Assembly (NCBI RefSeq): GCF_006345805.1
Contig: NC_043022.1
Coordinates: 3,100,001 to 3,164,000 of the forward strand
Source of the DNA: Octopus sinensis
Lineage: Eukaryota
DNA length: 64,000 bases
Direction: 5' to 3'
In this document: in pieces, positions 12,270-25,311 of the stretch
Position numbering within the stretch: the stretch's first letter is position 1
Layout: each line of letters starts with the position of its first letter
Program-made: the position numbers and the translations under genes
The notes under the pieces: generated by a model
The model's database searches: none
What the model was told of the DNA's origin: nothing
What the model saw: only the letters and a program-made list of their open reading frames with translations

Positions 12270-12535
12270 TGCTTAAGAATGGTAAACTTGTACTCGACAA
12301 GATTATAGAGAAATCCATGAGATTAATATCAAAATTACTCCTCTTAATGGAGACCTTACCTGTCATTGTGTGGTTTTGTGGCACAAAGCAGAACAGGCCT
12401 TGCCGTCCACTCAAGAAAACACAGGAAAGGATCCACAAGCACCCAAGCAAACTGAGTCCTCAACTTGCTCCAATTGCCGAAAGGTTTGCAAGGGCACCAA
12501 GAGGCCTCAAGAGACACATTTGTGTCCATAGAATA
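12270..12535 (+). pseudogene. Decayed fragment with two C2H2 zinc fingers, probably a LINE (RTE-type) ORF2 C-terminus
   Basis: With frameshifts: C-x-LCGFVAQSRTGLAVHSRKH and CSNCRKVCKGT-RGLKRHICVH; no TGEKP linkers. Confidence 0.45.
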
Positions 12536-12718
12536 AGATTACCGCTTTATTTTACTGAACCCTCATTTGTTGTTCACGACAGGAGAATCCATCACACACA
12601 CACACACACATACACTCTCTCTCTCTCTCTCACACACACACAGACACACACACACACTCTCTCACACACACACACACACAGACACACACACACTCTCTCT
12701 CTCACACACACACACACA

Positions 12719-12776
<58 letters not shown>

Positions 12777-12803
12777 ACTCTCTCTCTCACACACACACAC
12801 ACA

Positions 12804-12834
<31 letters not shown>

Positions 12835-13094
12835 TCTCTCTCACACACACTCTCTCTCACACACACTCTCTCTCTCTCTATCTCTCTCTCTCACACACAC
12901 ACACACACACTCCCTCCCTCTCTCTCTCTCTCTCTCACACACACACATGCACATTAATATTGAACAGTGAGAATGTGTGCTCAACAATACACTGGTGAAT
13001 AAATATTCTTTACTTGTTGGTGAACAAGGCTACCAATGGTTTCATGTTAACCTACAAATAGAAAAAAATGTGTGTATATATATATATATATATA

Positions 13095-13265
13095 ACGGGA
13101 AGCTTTATGAAAATAAACAAAAGACGAAGGCAGGTGGAATACAAACAAACAATTGTATTAGTATGGCGCTCAGGAATAGAAATAGAACAAGTCTTTTACG
13201 TTTCGAGCCTACGCTCTTCAACAGAAAGATACACAGAAAAGAAACAAGGAGAGAAAAAAAATGTG
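13095..13265. mobile_element. Penelope-like pLTR fragment (family P1)
   Basis: Carries a hammerhead motif, sits beside (TA)n; second copy inverted at 53285-53475; related sequence at 19440-19640. Confidence 0.6.
13192..13229 (-). ncRNA. Minimal hammerhead motif, A6U core variant (same family as 53343)
   Basis: Reverse complement is identical to 53343-53380. Confidence 0.6.
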
Positions 13266-13663
13266 TGTGCGTGTGTTTATGTCCATGTAACTTAACAGTT
13301 CGGCTAAGTGACCAAGAGAATAAATACCACTCTTAAATAAAAAACCAAAAAAGACAAACAATAAATACAGGAATCGATACATTCGACTAATATATGTTTC
13401 AAGGCAGTGCTGCAGCATGGCCGCAGCCTCATGACTAAAACAAGTAAAAATTAAAAAGTAAAACTGATGTTGTAAATGCAATGATAGTTCGATGTTTGGC
13501 TGTGTGGGAAGAAGTTTGCTTTCCAACCACATGGTTCCGGGTTCAGTCCCACTGCGTGGCACCTTGGGCAAGTGTCTTCTGCTATAGCCCCGGGCCGACC
13601 AAAGCCTTGTGAGTGGATTTGGTAGACGGAAACTGAAGGAAGCCCGTCGTATATATATATATG

Positions 13664-13713
<50 letters not shown>

Positions 13714-13734
13714 CACACACACACATATATACAT

Positions 13735-14016
13735 GTGGGGGCGCAATGGCCCAGTGGTTAGGGCAGCGGACTCGCGGTTTCGATTCCCAGACCGGGCGTT
13801 GTGAGTGTTTATTGAGCGAAAACACCTAAAAGCTCCACGAGGCTCCGGCAGGGGGTGGTGGCGACCCCTGCCGTACGCTTTCACCACTCTTTCTTCTGTT
13901 GGCCTGCTCGCTTAGCCAGCAGGGTGGCGTCATTCGAAGGCTAAAACAATGCGAACGCATTGTGACCAGCGATGTGTAACTACATCTGATGGTCTGGTCG
14001 GTCACGTGATCACGTG
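13735..14016 (+). mobile_element. SINE C2 (family C head, different tail ending GGTCACGTGATCACGTG)
   Basis: A-box TGGCCCAGTGG and B-box GGTTTCGATTCC shared with C; diverges after CTTTCACCAC. Confidence 0.75.
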
Positions 14017-14019
14017 CTT

Positions 14020-14051
<32 letters not shown>

Positions 14052-14788
14052 ATATTATATATATATTTCGGTTATAAAATGAGATAGGGGTTGAAAATTC
14101 AACCCACCATGGGATAACATATATCCAATATACTGCTAGAGAGGTACCCAACAATACTAATACATAAATGTTAAAAATTGCCATGCAATTAATTCATCTA
14201 CTGTATTATGTGGGCAAGGGTAATATATGTATGTGTGTTTGTCCCCCCTCCATCACTTGACAACCGATGTTGGTGTGTTTATGTCCCCGTAGCTTAGCTG
14301 TTCGGCAAAAGCGACTGATAGAATAAGTACAAGGCTTACAAAGAATAAGTCGATTTGTTCGAATAAGTCGATTTGTTCGACTAAAGGCGGTGCTCCAGCA
14401 TGGCCACAGTCAAATGACTTGAAACAAGTAAAAGAAAACCGTGATGATATTCGAGTTACTTCCCTTGGACTGTTTATCGTCAGTGACTTGTTTCTCTTTT
14501 TTTACCTTGCAATCGTGGTTTGATTGCCAGGTGACAGACAGGTAAGTTGTACAACAGGTTGACGGCGGAGGTGGGTTGTATTAGTTAGGGCGACCGCCGT
14601 GACAAGTATTTAAAAAAAACAGAAAATTGGATTACATCACTTTATCAAATAAAGTCTTTGTTTGCAAAAACGTAACAACTGTTGACAGTTGCGCGATGTC
14701 ATAAGAAGAATATTTCCAACTGTTTAAACGTGACGACATTGAAATCTGGTTTTCAGATCATAAGACGTGGCTAAATTCGGAAGAAAAG

Positions 14789-14794
<6 letters not shown>

Positions 14795-14864
<70 letters not shown>

Positions 14865-14914
14865 TTGTCTTTCTCTTTCTCTCTCTCTCCCCTCTCTTTC
14901 TCTCTCTCACTCCC

Positions 14915-14945
<31 letters not shown>

Positions 14946-15040
14946 TCTTTCTCTCTCTCCCTCTCTCTCTCTCCCCTCTCTCTCTCTTTCTCTTTTTCTC
15001 TCTCTCTTTCTCTCTCTTTGTCTCTCTCTCTCTCTCACAC
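14795..15040. repeat. Long (CT)n-type polypyrimidine tract
   Basis: ~245 nt almost purely C/T. A similar tract lies at 35480-35740. Confidence 0.95.
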
Positions 15041-15486
15041 ACATACACACAAGTTGTTGGTCGAAATTTTAAGGCCCAGTCTAACCCAGTGCCCGCAACC
15101 TTTTTTTCACTTACGGTACACCTATATTCTTTTCAGAATTCGGCGGCACACCCGAGCTAAAAATATAATTAAAAGTACAGGAAAAAAAATTGTATTCAGG
15201 TTACACTGTGGCACACCAACGTGCCGCGGCTTAGTGGTTGTGGCGCAATGGACTAAGCTAATTTTATAATAAAACTTTCTACCTCTTAGTAGCGAATGTT
15301 TTCTAATTTCTTAAAATTATTTTACTTGTTTTAGTCATTTGACTGCGGCCATGCTGGAGCACCGCCTTTAGTCGAACAAATCGACCCCAGGACTTGTTCT
15401 TTGTAAGCCTAGTACTTATTCCATCGGTCGCTTTTGCTGAACTGTTAAGTTATGGGAAAGTAAACACACCAACATTGGTTGTCAAA

Positions 15487-16125
15487 GCAGCTGAAACTAC
15501 TCGCGATATCAACGAAACATTTGGTGGGGAAATGACCAGTGAGTGGTCAGCTCGAAAATAGTTGAAACGATTTCGCAATGGAGACGTGAGCCTTGAATCT
15601 CGTGAGAGTAGTGGACGCCCATCTGTCATCGATGATGGTCAATTAAAGACCGTCATTCAGAAAGATCCATGTTAAACCAGTCAAGAACTGGCAAAAGAAC
15701 TTCAAGTTAGCCAGAAAACTGCCTGCAACCATTTGCATGCGATCGGAAAATAAAAAAATGGATAGACAAATGGGTAGAACGCGATTTGAATGAAAATCAG
15801 AAAATGCACAGCTTTGGAATTTGCTCGTCATTTCTCCTCCGTAACCAGACCGATACATTTCTCGACTGTATTGTCACTTGCAATGGAAAGTGGATTCTGT
15901 ACGATAATAATAGAAAATGTTCTTCGAAGTGTTTGGACCAAACTGAAAAACCGAAAAACCTTCCCTAAACCCAAGCTCTTAAAAAAAAAGGTTATGGTGA
16001 CTGTTTGGTGGTGTACTGCTGGACTCGTCCATTATCACTTCTTAAAACCCAGGAAAACCATTATTGCAGAAACATATTGCTATGAAATTGCCAAAATGAA
16101 CGAAAAACTGCTAATCATAAGACCA
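15487..16125 (+). pseudogene. Mariner transposase pseudogene (HTH and start of DDD domain)
   Basis: AAETTRDINETFG...KRFRNGDVSLE..SGRPSVID...FLDCIVTCNGKWILYDN...KKVMVTVWWCTAGLVHYHFLKP, with stops and frameshifts; joined to a SINE A tail at 15320-15485. Confidence 0.85.
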
Positions 16126-16769
16126 TAAGGGGTCGACTTCTAGCATAATGGATGTCCACTTAGTGGTCATCCCTCTTATATATATGTATATATATAGTTT
16201 TTATATATATATATAGTTTTTATATATATATATATAATTTTTTAATTTTCACCTAATTTTTTTAAATTTTTAAATTTTCACCTAATTTCTGAATTACTAC
16301 TACTTAGCGGTTTGAGTCCTGGCTGCTCTTTCTTGTGGACGAATGGCCTATTAAGGCCATTCCTTAATTGTTAAATGCATATATATATATATATTTGTAA
16401 AAAAGAAGTTTGAAAACGCCACTATATTAGATAAATTTTAATTTTCTTATGAATTTTACATGTTTCAGTTCTTGAAAAAACGAACCTTATCAAAAATATT
16501 GTAAAAAGTGCAATAGAAAAGTTCATAATCGTTTCTTACTGGTCTCAATAGAATCCATGTGGTGGTGTTTTGTCGGTAGTTGGTATAATCGCTATATTAC
16601 AGTTGAGTGTAGTGAAGAAGTCCATTATTGTTTCTTGCTGGTATCAAAAGGAACCGCTTTTTTGTTACCTTGTGTTCCAATGGTAGCAACAGTAGTGATT
16701 GTTGGTCGTAGTAGTAGTAACCTGTGGCTGTCCTAGCAGCAGTTACTGTTTATATATATATATAAAGGC

Positions 16770-16890
16770 ACGTTCTTCAATGTAGGATCTTCTGGCTTCA
16801 ATGCACTTGTAGCGTTCCAGCCACCTCATGAAGGCCTCGTGGAAGTCGTCCAAAGCGACAGTGTCCAGCACCCTTGGAGCAAGGTTCTGG
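16770..16890 (-). pseudogene. Mariner transposase C-terminal fragment
   Basis: VLDTVALDDFHEAFMRWLERYKCIEARRSYIE resembles the mariner end F..AF..W..R..KCI...G.Y.E. Confidence 0.55.
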
Positions 16891-17102
16891 ACTTTAGAAA
16901 AAGTGAGAGACATTTTTGATGACCATCTCAGTCGAGGAGTTTGGTTACCAGGACGGAATTGTTTACCAGGTGTTTTGTCCTGGTTCAGGCATGCTGGCTT
17001 TTTTGTGACGAAATCTCTTCCTGAACTCCCTCAAAACCCTACACAAAGTATACTCTTACAATTGATTGTCTGCCGAGAGGTATTCCAATCGAGGTATTCC
17101 AA

Positions 17103-17332
17103 GGCGGCGAGCTGGCAGAAACGTTAGCACGCCGGGCGAAATGCTTTGCGGTATTTCGTCTGCCGCTGTGTTCTGAGTTCAAGTTCCGCCGAGGTCGACT
17201 TTGCCTTTCATCCTTTCGGGGTCGATAAATTAAGTACCAGTTACGCACTGGGGTCGATGTAATCAACTTAATACCTATGTCTGTCCTTGTTTGTCCCCTC
17301 TGTGTTTAGCCCCTTGTGGGTAATAAAGAAAT
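17103..17332 (+). mobile_element. SINE family B, full length, with target duplication
   Basis: AGGTATTCCAATCGA at 17078-17092 and 17333-17347. Confidence 0.9.
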
Positions 17333-17511
17333 AGGTATTCCAATCGATTTAGATTATCCCTTTGGATGTAGATAATCCCCTTTGCTGTCAAAAAAGGAAA
17401 TTATCATGAGTTTGCCGGTGGACTTGCTTCGCCCGGCCTCGTTTTATCGAGAAACCAATGCTCTCGGCTCACACGAATCAATCTACAACCAGTCAGGAGC
17501 ATTTCATTAGT

Positions 17512-17924
17512 TTACTCTTTACTCTTTTACTTGTTTCAGTCATTTGACTGCGGCCATGCTGGAGCGCCGCCTTTAGTCGAGCAAATCGACCCCGGGACTT
17601 ATTCTTTGGAAGCCCAGTACTTATTCTATCGGTCTCTTTTTGCCAAACTGCTAAGTGACGGGGTCGTAAACACACCAGCATCGGTTGTCAAGCAATGCTA
17701 GGGGGACAAACGCACACAAACACACACACACACATACACACATATATATATACATATATATGACGGGCTTCTTTCAGTTTCCGTCTACCAAATCCACTCG
17801 CAAGGCATTGGTCGGCCCGGGGCTATAGCAGAAGACACTTGCCCAAGATGACACGCAGTGGGACTGAACCCGGAACCATGTGGTTGGTAAGCAAGCTACT
17901 TACCACACAGCCACTCCTGCGCCT
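17512..17924 (-). mobile_element. SINE family A
   Basis: Full-length match. Confidence 0.9.
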
Positions 17925-18463
17925 ATAAAAAAGTTTCTGTAGCTTTTTTTTTTTGCCCCGTTTAGCCCAAAACTTTATTGTAAAGCAGGTTTCCAAATTG
18001 TCTTCAGCACTGACTGCATTCCGCAAACTGGTCGGCTGTGACAAGTGGTGTTTAGTAGGATGTGTTGAAAAGGCGGTGCTCCAGCATGGCCACAGTCAAA
18101 TGACTGAAACAAGTAAAAGAGTAAGTGTTGTTACATCCGTCTTCTTCAATCGGGAATAATGAAAAAGATGGCAGCTTAGCTTATTCGATGTACAGTAATG
18201 CACTTCGCTGTTCGGCAAAAGAGACCAATAGAATAAGTACTGGGCTTACAAAGAATAAGTCCCAGGGTCGATTTGCTCGTCTAAAGGCGGTGCTCCAGCA
18301 TGGCCGCAGTCAAATGACTGAAACATATAAAAGAGTAAAAGAGTAAGAGTATATGCAAATTTATGATAATTTAGTAGTTATAATTACTTCTCCCAAAAAG
18401 GTCTCAAAACTTCTGGAATGCACCCTCTCTCTCTCTCTCTCTCTTCACACATACACACAGATA

Positions 18464-19429
18464 TAGGGTGGGGCAGAGGGGACGGACGTTTTTGAAAAAT
18501 TCACAAAATCATTTCAGCTGCAAACAAATTGTATTGACATCAATGTGTTCGTATTGAATTAGCATTTGTCCAAAGTCAAGCGTGGAGAACACCATCCATC
18601 CATCATGTGGTGTCCGTTTTCTTTGATGCATTTCTGAAAGCTTGTCTGACACGTTCCACATTTTCCGGTGTCGTCCGTACCGTTCATGGCGCTCCCACCG
18701 GTCACCTATTCATTAGTGTATCTCATGTGGAGGCGCAATGGCCCAGTGGTTAGGGCAGCGGACTCTCGGTCGTAGGATCGCGGTTTCGATTCCCAGACCG
18801 GGCTTTTGTGAGTGTTTATTGAGCGGAAACACCTAAAGCTCCACGAGGCTCCGGCAGGGGATGGTGGTGATCCCTGCTGTACTCTTTCACCACAACTTTC
18901 TCTCACTCTTACTTCCTGTTTCAGTTGTACCTGTATTTCAAGGGGCCAGCCTTGTCACTCTCTGTGTCACGGTGAATATCCCCGAGAACTACGTTAAGGG
19001 TACACGTGTCTGTGGAGTGCTCAGCCACTTACACGTTAATTTCACGAGCAGGCTGTTCCATTGATCGGATCAACCGGAACCCTCGTCGTCGTAACCGATG
19101 GAGTGCTTCCACTCCAGTGTACCTCATGTACGAAGTGCATTCACCCAACGTAAGATTGTGTTACAGGTGGGAACAACCCGAGTTCGGTGAAGGTTGAAAT
19201 AGCGCCGAAACTCACGCTGAACTGCTGTGACAGACTCGTTATTCTTCACGTAACTGCTGTAGGCAAACACTCGATGCTTCATCGTTCACGGCACCATAGC
19301 TTGATCTGAAAAGACAAAAAAAATACTAAGACACCACTGACTGAATGGTATTTGTCGGACATATTCCCCTTCCCCTTGGGGCTGAGTAATAGCCATTTCA
19401 AAAACGTCTCTCCTCTCTGGCCCACCCTG
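18464..19429 (-). mobile_element. Internally deleted Tc1/mariner-superfamily element with DUF4817-like HTH N-terminus
   Basis: ~34-bp imperfect TIRs ((C/T)AGGGTGGG...GACGTTTTTGAAA) flanked by TA; minus-strand remnants KHRVFAYSSYVKNNESVTAVQREFRRYF..VPTCNTILRWV, TVRTTPENVERVRQAF and KCIKENGHH. Confidence 0.75.
18727..19111 (+). mobile_element. SINE family C inserted in the Tc1/mariner element
   Basis: tRNA head, tail GACGGAGTGCTTCCA type; 13-bp TSD AGTGTA(T/C)CTCATG. Confidence 0.9.
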
Positions 19430-19501
19430 TATATATTTTTATTATGTTGAACCGTTAATCTCTACACATTTTCTTTTTCTCTCTCCATTTTTAAAAAAAT
19501 C

Positions 19502-19537
19502 CTTTCTGTCGAAGAGCATAGGTTCGAAACGTAAAAG
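19502..19537 (+). ncRNA. Minimal hammerhead motif, A6U core variant
   Basis: CUUU-CUGUCGA-A-GAGC(AUAG)GUUC-GAAA-CG-UA-AAAG; stem II retained with a G-U pair. Confidence 0.5.
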
Positions 19538-19784
19538 TCTCTTCCATTCTTCCCAAGTGTTAAACTAATACACCTGCTTGTTGATCCTACATCTGTTTTC
19601 GTCTTTTGTTTTCTGTAAATTTGAATTATATATAACAACTCACCTGTTTAGTAAAGCAAATGGGAGAAAGAGAACTTAAAATATGAGTGAATATACAGTT
19701 CTATATTTAAGAGATGAGGAATTATGTGCATTATTTACATTATTTACATTTGACGGATATTTGTTCTCATCTTGTTTGTTGTTA

Positions 19785-19828
19785 ATACAACGTTTTGGCT
19801 GATATACCCTCCAGCCTTCATCAGGTGT
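19785..19828 (-). ncRNA. Degenerate hammerhead motif (G12A)
   Basis: ACAC-CUGAUGA-A-GGCUG(10 nt)CAGCC-AAAA-CG-UU-GUAU; canonical except GAAA->AAAA and one stem I mismatch. Confidence 0.5.
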
Positions 19829-20342
19829 CTTGGGTAAATTTCGAACCTGGGTTCTCATTCCTAAGGTATTTTTCTATGTTATTGTTGTTGTTATTATTCA
19901 GGTCACTGCCTGGAATCGAACTCGGAATCTTGGGGTTAGTTGCCCGTGCTCTTAACCACTACGTTATATGCCCATGGGCATATGAGTGAATATACTTTTC
20001 TAAAAAATTGGTCTTAATCAACAGAAAGTGATAGGAGTGTATCAAGAGCCGTTTCGTGTGTGGCTCTCATCAAACTGGGAGCTGCCATGCACAAATCCCC
20101 CTATATACGGTAACTCCTATCTTACCACAGGCTTGGGGAAAAGGGCGTGCAGGGGTGCAAGTGCCTTCCTCCTGCCCCACGCATTTTGCCGGGCAATGGA
20201 AACACTTTAAACATCCTGCCGAAAAACATCATCGCCGAAACGTACGTAGAAACATTTCTGGGCGGACTTTGAAACATTACTTTTCTATTATTGGACCTAT
20301 CTGATTTGATTGATGTAGTAATGTCATAATAATAATAATAAT

Positions 20343-20735
20343 AAGGCGCAGGAGTGGCTGTGTGGTAAGTAGCTTGCTACCCAACCACATGGTTCCGGGT
20401 TCAGTCCCACTGCGTGGCATCTTGGGCAAGTGCCTTCTGCTATAGCCTCGGGCCGACCAATGCCTTGTGAGTGGATTTGGTAGACGGAAACTGAAAGAAG
20501 CCTGTCGTATATATGTATATATATATAAGTTTGTGTGTCTGTGTTTGTCCCCCTAGCATTGCTTGACAACCGATGCTGGTGTGTTTACGTCCCCGTCACT
20601 TAGCGGTTCGGCAAAAGAGACCGATAGAATAAGTACTGGGCTTACAAAGAATAAGTCCCGGGGTTGAGTTGCTCGACTAAAGGCGGTGCTCCAGCATGGC
20701 CACAGTCAAATGACTGAAACAAGTAAAAGAACAAA
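20343..20735 (+). mobile_element. SINE family A
   Basis: Full-length match. Confidence 0.9.
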
Positions 20736-20762
20736 AGAGAATAATAATAATATAATAATGAT

Positions 20763-20975
20763 AGTCCTTTCTACTGGAGGCACAAGGCCTCAGATTTGTG
20801 GGGTGGGGACTAGTCGATTATATCGACCCCAGTGCGTAACTGGTACTTAATTTAGCGATCTCGAAAGGATGAAAGGCAAAGTCGACCTCCGCCAAATTTG
20901 AACTCAGGACGTAAAGACGGGCGAAATGCCAATAAGCATTTCGTCCAGCGCTCTAACGATTCTGCCAGCTCGCCG
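20763..20975 (-). mobile_element. SINE B2 (B head and body, tail GTAGAAAGGA(TTA)n)
   Basis: Related copies at 7700-7790, 22330-22510, 60720-61030 (x2). Confidence 0.75.
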
Positions 20976-21019
20976 CAATATTTATAATAATAATAAGAAT
21001 AATAATAAGAAGAAGAAGT

Positions 21020-21257
21020 TGTTAGTTGTCGGAGCACTGCATCCTTCAAAACTTCCATGCTTCCTGAGATTCGCCAACACTACACTTGATTTTCTCCCCT
21101 CCATACACACGCAAGCATGTATCTGACTCATACATTGTTCGCTTTCCAGACATTTCTACATTACTGCATGTACTTTATATGCACTTTCTGACAAGTTGTG
21201 GTGCACCTGAGCACTGTATACAATAATTTCATTATTATTATTATTATTATTATTATA
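21020..21257 (+). mobile_element. Short CR1 3' end
   Basis: 3' UTR identical in type to 10050 copy; (ATT)n tail. Confidence 0.85.
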
Positions 21258-21789
21258 AGTAAAACAAGAGCACTTAGAGAGTGCAAACCTCTGCCAAGGC
21301 AATATTAATGTCCTCTCAAGGATCAGCCGGAGATGATTTTTAAAATGAGAATATCTGAAATAAACTCAACTGCTCTCACAAATGAGAATACTAAAAATGA
21401 ACCAAACCACTCTCAATAATTAAGTAAAAAAACAAAAAACGGAAAAATAATTCAGAATCTTTGTCCGGTACTGGATTGATCCCAAAATCTAATCAGTTTG
21501 TGCCAGTTACAAGGCCAAACATCCCTGGAAGTTTCATCCGAATCCATTCAGCGGATCTTGAGATATCTTGTCCATGGACAAACAAACGCAATTGAAAACA
21601 ATACCTCCACCATTGCGATAGCAGAGCTAATAGTGATTTCATTTATTTGCCTCAAGGGCAAAGAACAAGGAGGACAATACAAAGACAGACATAACGTGTT
21701 GGGGTTTACATATAATGAAATGATAAAAAAAAAATGAAAGAAAGAAAGAAAGGAATACACTGAAAAGGAAGGGGACATATCTCTCTTTC

Positions 21790-22174
21790 TTTTCTCTTTT
21801 ATTTGTTTCAGTCATTTGACTGTGGCCATGCTGGAGCACCGCCTTCAATCGAGCAACTCAACCCTGGGACTTATTCTTTTTTGTAAGCCCAGTACTTATT
21901 CTATCGGTCTCTTTTGCCGAACCGCTAAGTAACGGGGACATAAACACACCAGCATTGGTTGTCAAGCAATGCTAGGGGGACAAACACATACACGCATATA
22001 TATATATATACGACGGGCTTCTCTTCAGTTTCCGTCTACCAAATCCACTCACAAGCCTTTGGTTGGCCCGAGGCTATAGTAGAAGACACTTGCCCAATGT
22101 GCCACGCAGTGGGACTGAACCCGGAACCATGTGGTTGGTAAACAAGCTACTTACCACACAGCCACTCCTGCGCC
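21790..22174 (-). mobile_element. SINE family A
   Basis: Full-length match. Confidence 0.9.
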
Positions 22175-22307
22175 TTTGTATGCATAGCATACAAAGATTT
22201 AAAAAAAAGCGGCAGGGAAGATGATAGAGATGTGACCCTTCTGAAACAGGGAGACGGCTAGGGATAACTGAGAAACCCCTCTGTCCGAGATTTCCCTGAA
22301 ACCCCAG

Positions 22308-22344
<37 letters not shown>

Positions 22345-22685
22345 CCTTTTTACTATAGGCACAAAGCTAGAAATTTTGAGAGGTGGGTACTAGGCGATTA
22401 TACCAACCCCAGAGCTTCACTGGTACCTAACTTATCGACCCCGGAAGGCTGAAAGGCAAAGTCGACCTCAGCGGCATTTGAACTCAGAACGTTAAGACCG
22501 ACGAAATGCTGCTACTATCATTCCTGTTTGTTTTGCTATTCTGATTGAAAAGAAAAAAATCAAACCTTGTTTGTAAAAAAAAAAAAAGGGGGTGGGACCC
22601 AGGGTTTGCAACCCCTAAACATATTTCATTTTAGAAAGAGAAAAAAACATGGACGCAAAATAGATTATGTTGTCATGGAGATGGA

Positions 22686-23072
22686 TGGAAGCACTCCGTC
22701 GGTTACGACGACGAGGGTTCCGGTTGATCCGAATCAACGGAACAGCCTGCTCGTGAAATTAACGTGTAAGTGGCTGAGCACTCCACAGACACGTGTACCC
22801 TTAACGTAGTTCTCGGGGATATTCAGCATGACACAGAGAGTGACAAGGCCGGCCCCTTGAAATACAGGTACAACAGAAACAGGAAGTAAGAGTGAGAGAA
22901 AGTTGTGGCGAAAGAGTACAGCAGGGATCACCACCATCCCCTGCCGGAGCCTCGTGCAGCTTTTTAGGTGTTTTCGCTCAGTAAACACTCACAACGCTCG
23001 GTCTGGGAATCGAAACCGCGATCCTACGACCGCGAGTCCGATGCCCTAACCACTGGGCCATTGCGCCTCCAC
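22686..23072 (-). mobile_element. SINE family C
   Basis: Full-length reverse copy. Confidence 0.9.
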
Positions 23073-23363
23073 AACAACAGCAATAATCCCATTTTCTGAT
23101 TACAGTGAAAATTTTGGTTGAAAGTTTTAAACAATTATAAATTAAGATAAAATCTGCGGCGATGTAATAGGCGCTGGCGTGGCTGTGTGGTAAAGAGGCT
23201 GGCTTCACAAGCTCATCATTCCAGGTTCAAATTTGTTTTGCCTGGCATCTTGAACGTCTTTTACGATAATCCTGGGCCGACCAAAGCCTTCTGAGTGGAT
23301 TTGACTGAAGGAAACTGAAAGAAGCTTGTCATGTTTGTGTGTGTGTGTGTGTGCACGTGTATG

Positions 23364-23396
<33 letters not shown>

Positions 23397-23951
23397 GCGT
23401 GTGTGTGTGTGTACGTGTATGTATATATATATATATATATGTATGTTTGTGTGTACGTGTATGTATATATATATATGTATGTTTGTGTGTGTGCACGTGT
23501 ATGTATATATATATATGTATGCGTGTGTGTGTGTGCGTGTGCACGTGTATATATATGTGTCTGTGTGTGTGTGTGAAACCGCTGCTTGACAACCGGTGTT
23601 GGTACGTTTACGTTCCTGTAACCCAGCAGTTTTGGCCTAAGTGACCGATAGAATAATGCTTTAAAAAAATAAGGACTGGGGTAATTCATTCACTTAAAAT
23701 TCTTCAAGGCAGTGCCCCAGCATGGCCACAGACTAATCACTGGAACAAGTAAAAGATAAAAAATATACATACCCTCACCTCATCCTACCCACACTCACGG
23801 ACCCCCCTCCCTGTTTTTTTTTCTGTCCCTTACAATTTCTCCTTCCAGTATTCTTCGGCCCTTACATTTGGTTCTCCTAGGCTCCTGTGGATCGGTGCAC
23901 TCGTTAGAGCGTCGAACAAAAAATACCTGGCGTTATTTAGTTACCTTTTAA

Positions 23952-24890
23952 GGCGGTGAGCTGGCAGAATCGTTAGCACGCCGGGAGAAATGCTTTGCGG
24001 TATTTCGGCTGCCGTTACGTTGTGAGTTCAAATTGCGCCGAGGTCGACTTTGCCTTTCATCCTTTCGGGGTCGATAAATTAAGTACCAGTTAAGCACTGG
24101 GGTCGATATAATCGACTTAATACCTATGTCTGTCCATGTTTGTCCCCTCTATGTTTAGCCCCTTGTGGGTAGTAAAGAAATAGGTATTTCGTCTGCCGTT
24201 ACGTTCTGAGTTCAAATTTCGCCGAGGTCGACTTTGCCTTTCATCATTTTGGGGTCGATTAAATAAGTACCAGTTACGCACTGGAGTCGATGTAATCGAC
24301 TTAATCCGTTCGTCTGTCCTTGTTTGTCCTCTCTGTGTTTAGCCCCTTGTGGGTAGTAAAGAAATAGGTATTTCTTTCGTCTCTACGTTCTGAGTTCAAA
24401 TTCCGCCGAGGTCGACTTTGCCTTTCATCTTTTCGGGGTCGATAAATTAAGTACCAGTTGCATACTGGGGACAATCTAATCGACTGGCTCCCTGCCCCAA
24501 AATTTTGAACCTTGTACCTTTAGTAGAAAGGATTATTATTATTATTACTTTGCCTTTCATCCTTTCGGGGTTGATAAAGTAAGTACTAGTTAGGCATTGG
24601 AGTCGATGTAATCGACTAGTCCCCACCCCCTAAAATTGCAGGCCTTGTGCCTTTAGTAGAAAGGATTATTTAGTTAAATTCTAAGGCGTTGAGTTGGCAG
24701 AATCGTTTGCACGCCGGACGAAATGCTTAGCGACATTTCGTCCGTCGTTATGTTCTGAGTTCAAATTCCGCCAAGATTCACTTTGCCTTTCATCCTTTCA
24801 GGATCGATAAATTAAGTACCAGTTAAACACTGGGGTCGATGTAATCAACTTACTCCTCCCGAAATTGCTGGCCTTGTGCCAAAATTTGAA
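23952..24890 (+). repeat. Head-to-tail array of ~5 SINE B/B2 units
   Basis: One full head, then 5'-truncated units; B-type junctions AAAGAAATAG|GTATTT at ~24180 and ~24365. Confidence 0.9.
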
Positions 24891-24901
24891 ATCACTATGG
24901 A

Positions 24902-25286
24902 TGGAAGCACTCCGTCGGTTCCGACGACAAGAGTTCCGGTTGATCCGATCAACGGAACAGCCTGCTCGTGAAATTAACGTGTAAGTGGCTGAGCACTCCA
25001 CAGACACGTGTACCCTTAACGTAGTTCTCGGGGATATTCAGCGTGACACAGAGAGTGACAAGGCCGGCCCTTTGAAATACAGGTACAACAGAAACAGGAA
25101 GTAAGAGTGAGAGAAAGTTGTGGCGAAAGAGTACAGCAGGGATCACCACCATCCCCTGCCGGTGCCTCGTGGGGCTTTTAAGTGTTTTCGCTCAATAAAC
25201 ACTCACAACGCCCAGTCTTGGAATCGAAACCGCGATCCTACGACCGCGAGTCCGCTGCCCTAACCACTGGGCCATTGCGCCTCCAC
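24902..25286 (-). mobile_element. SINE family C with 13-bp TSD
   Basis: TTGAAATCACTAT on both sides. Confidence 0.9.
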
Positions 25287-25311
25287 TTGAAATCACTATA
25301 ATGACACTGTC

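Noticed and set aside
20200-20262. CTGCCGA...GAAACGTACGTA motif
   Set aside because: Palindromic stem III is present but there is no stem II and only 2 bp of stem I.
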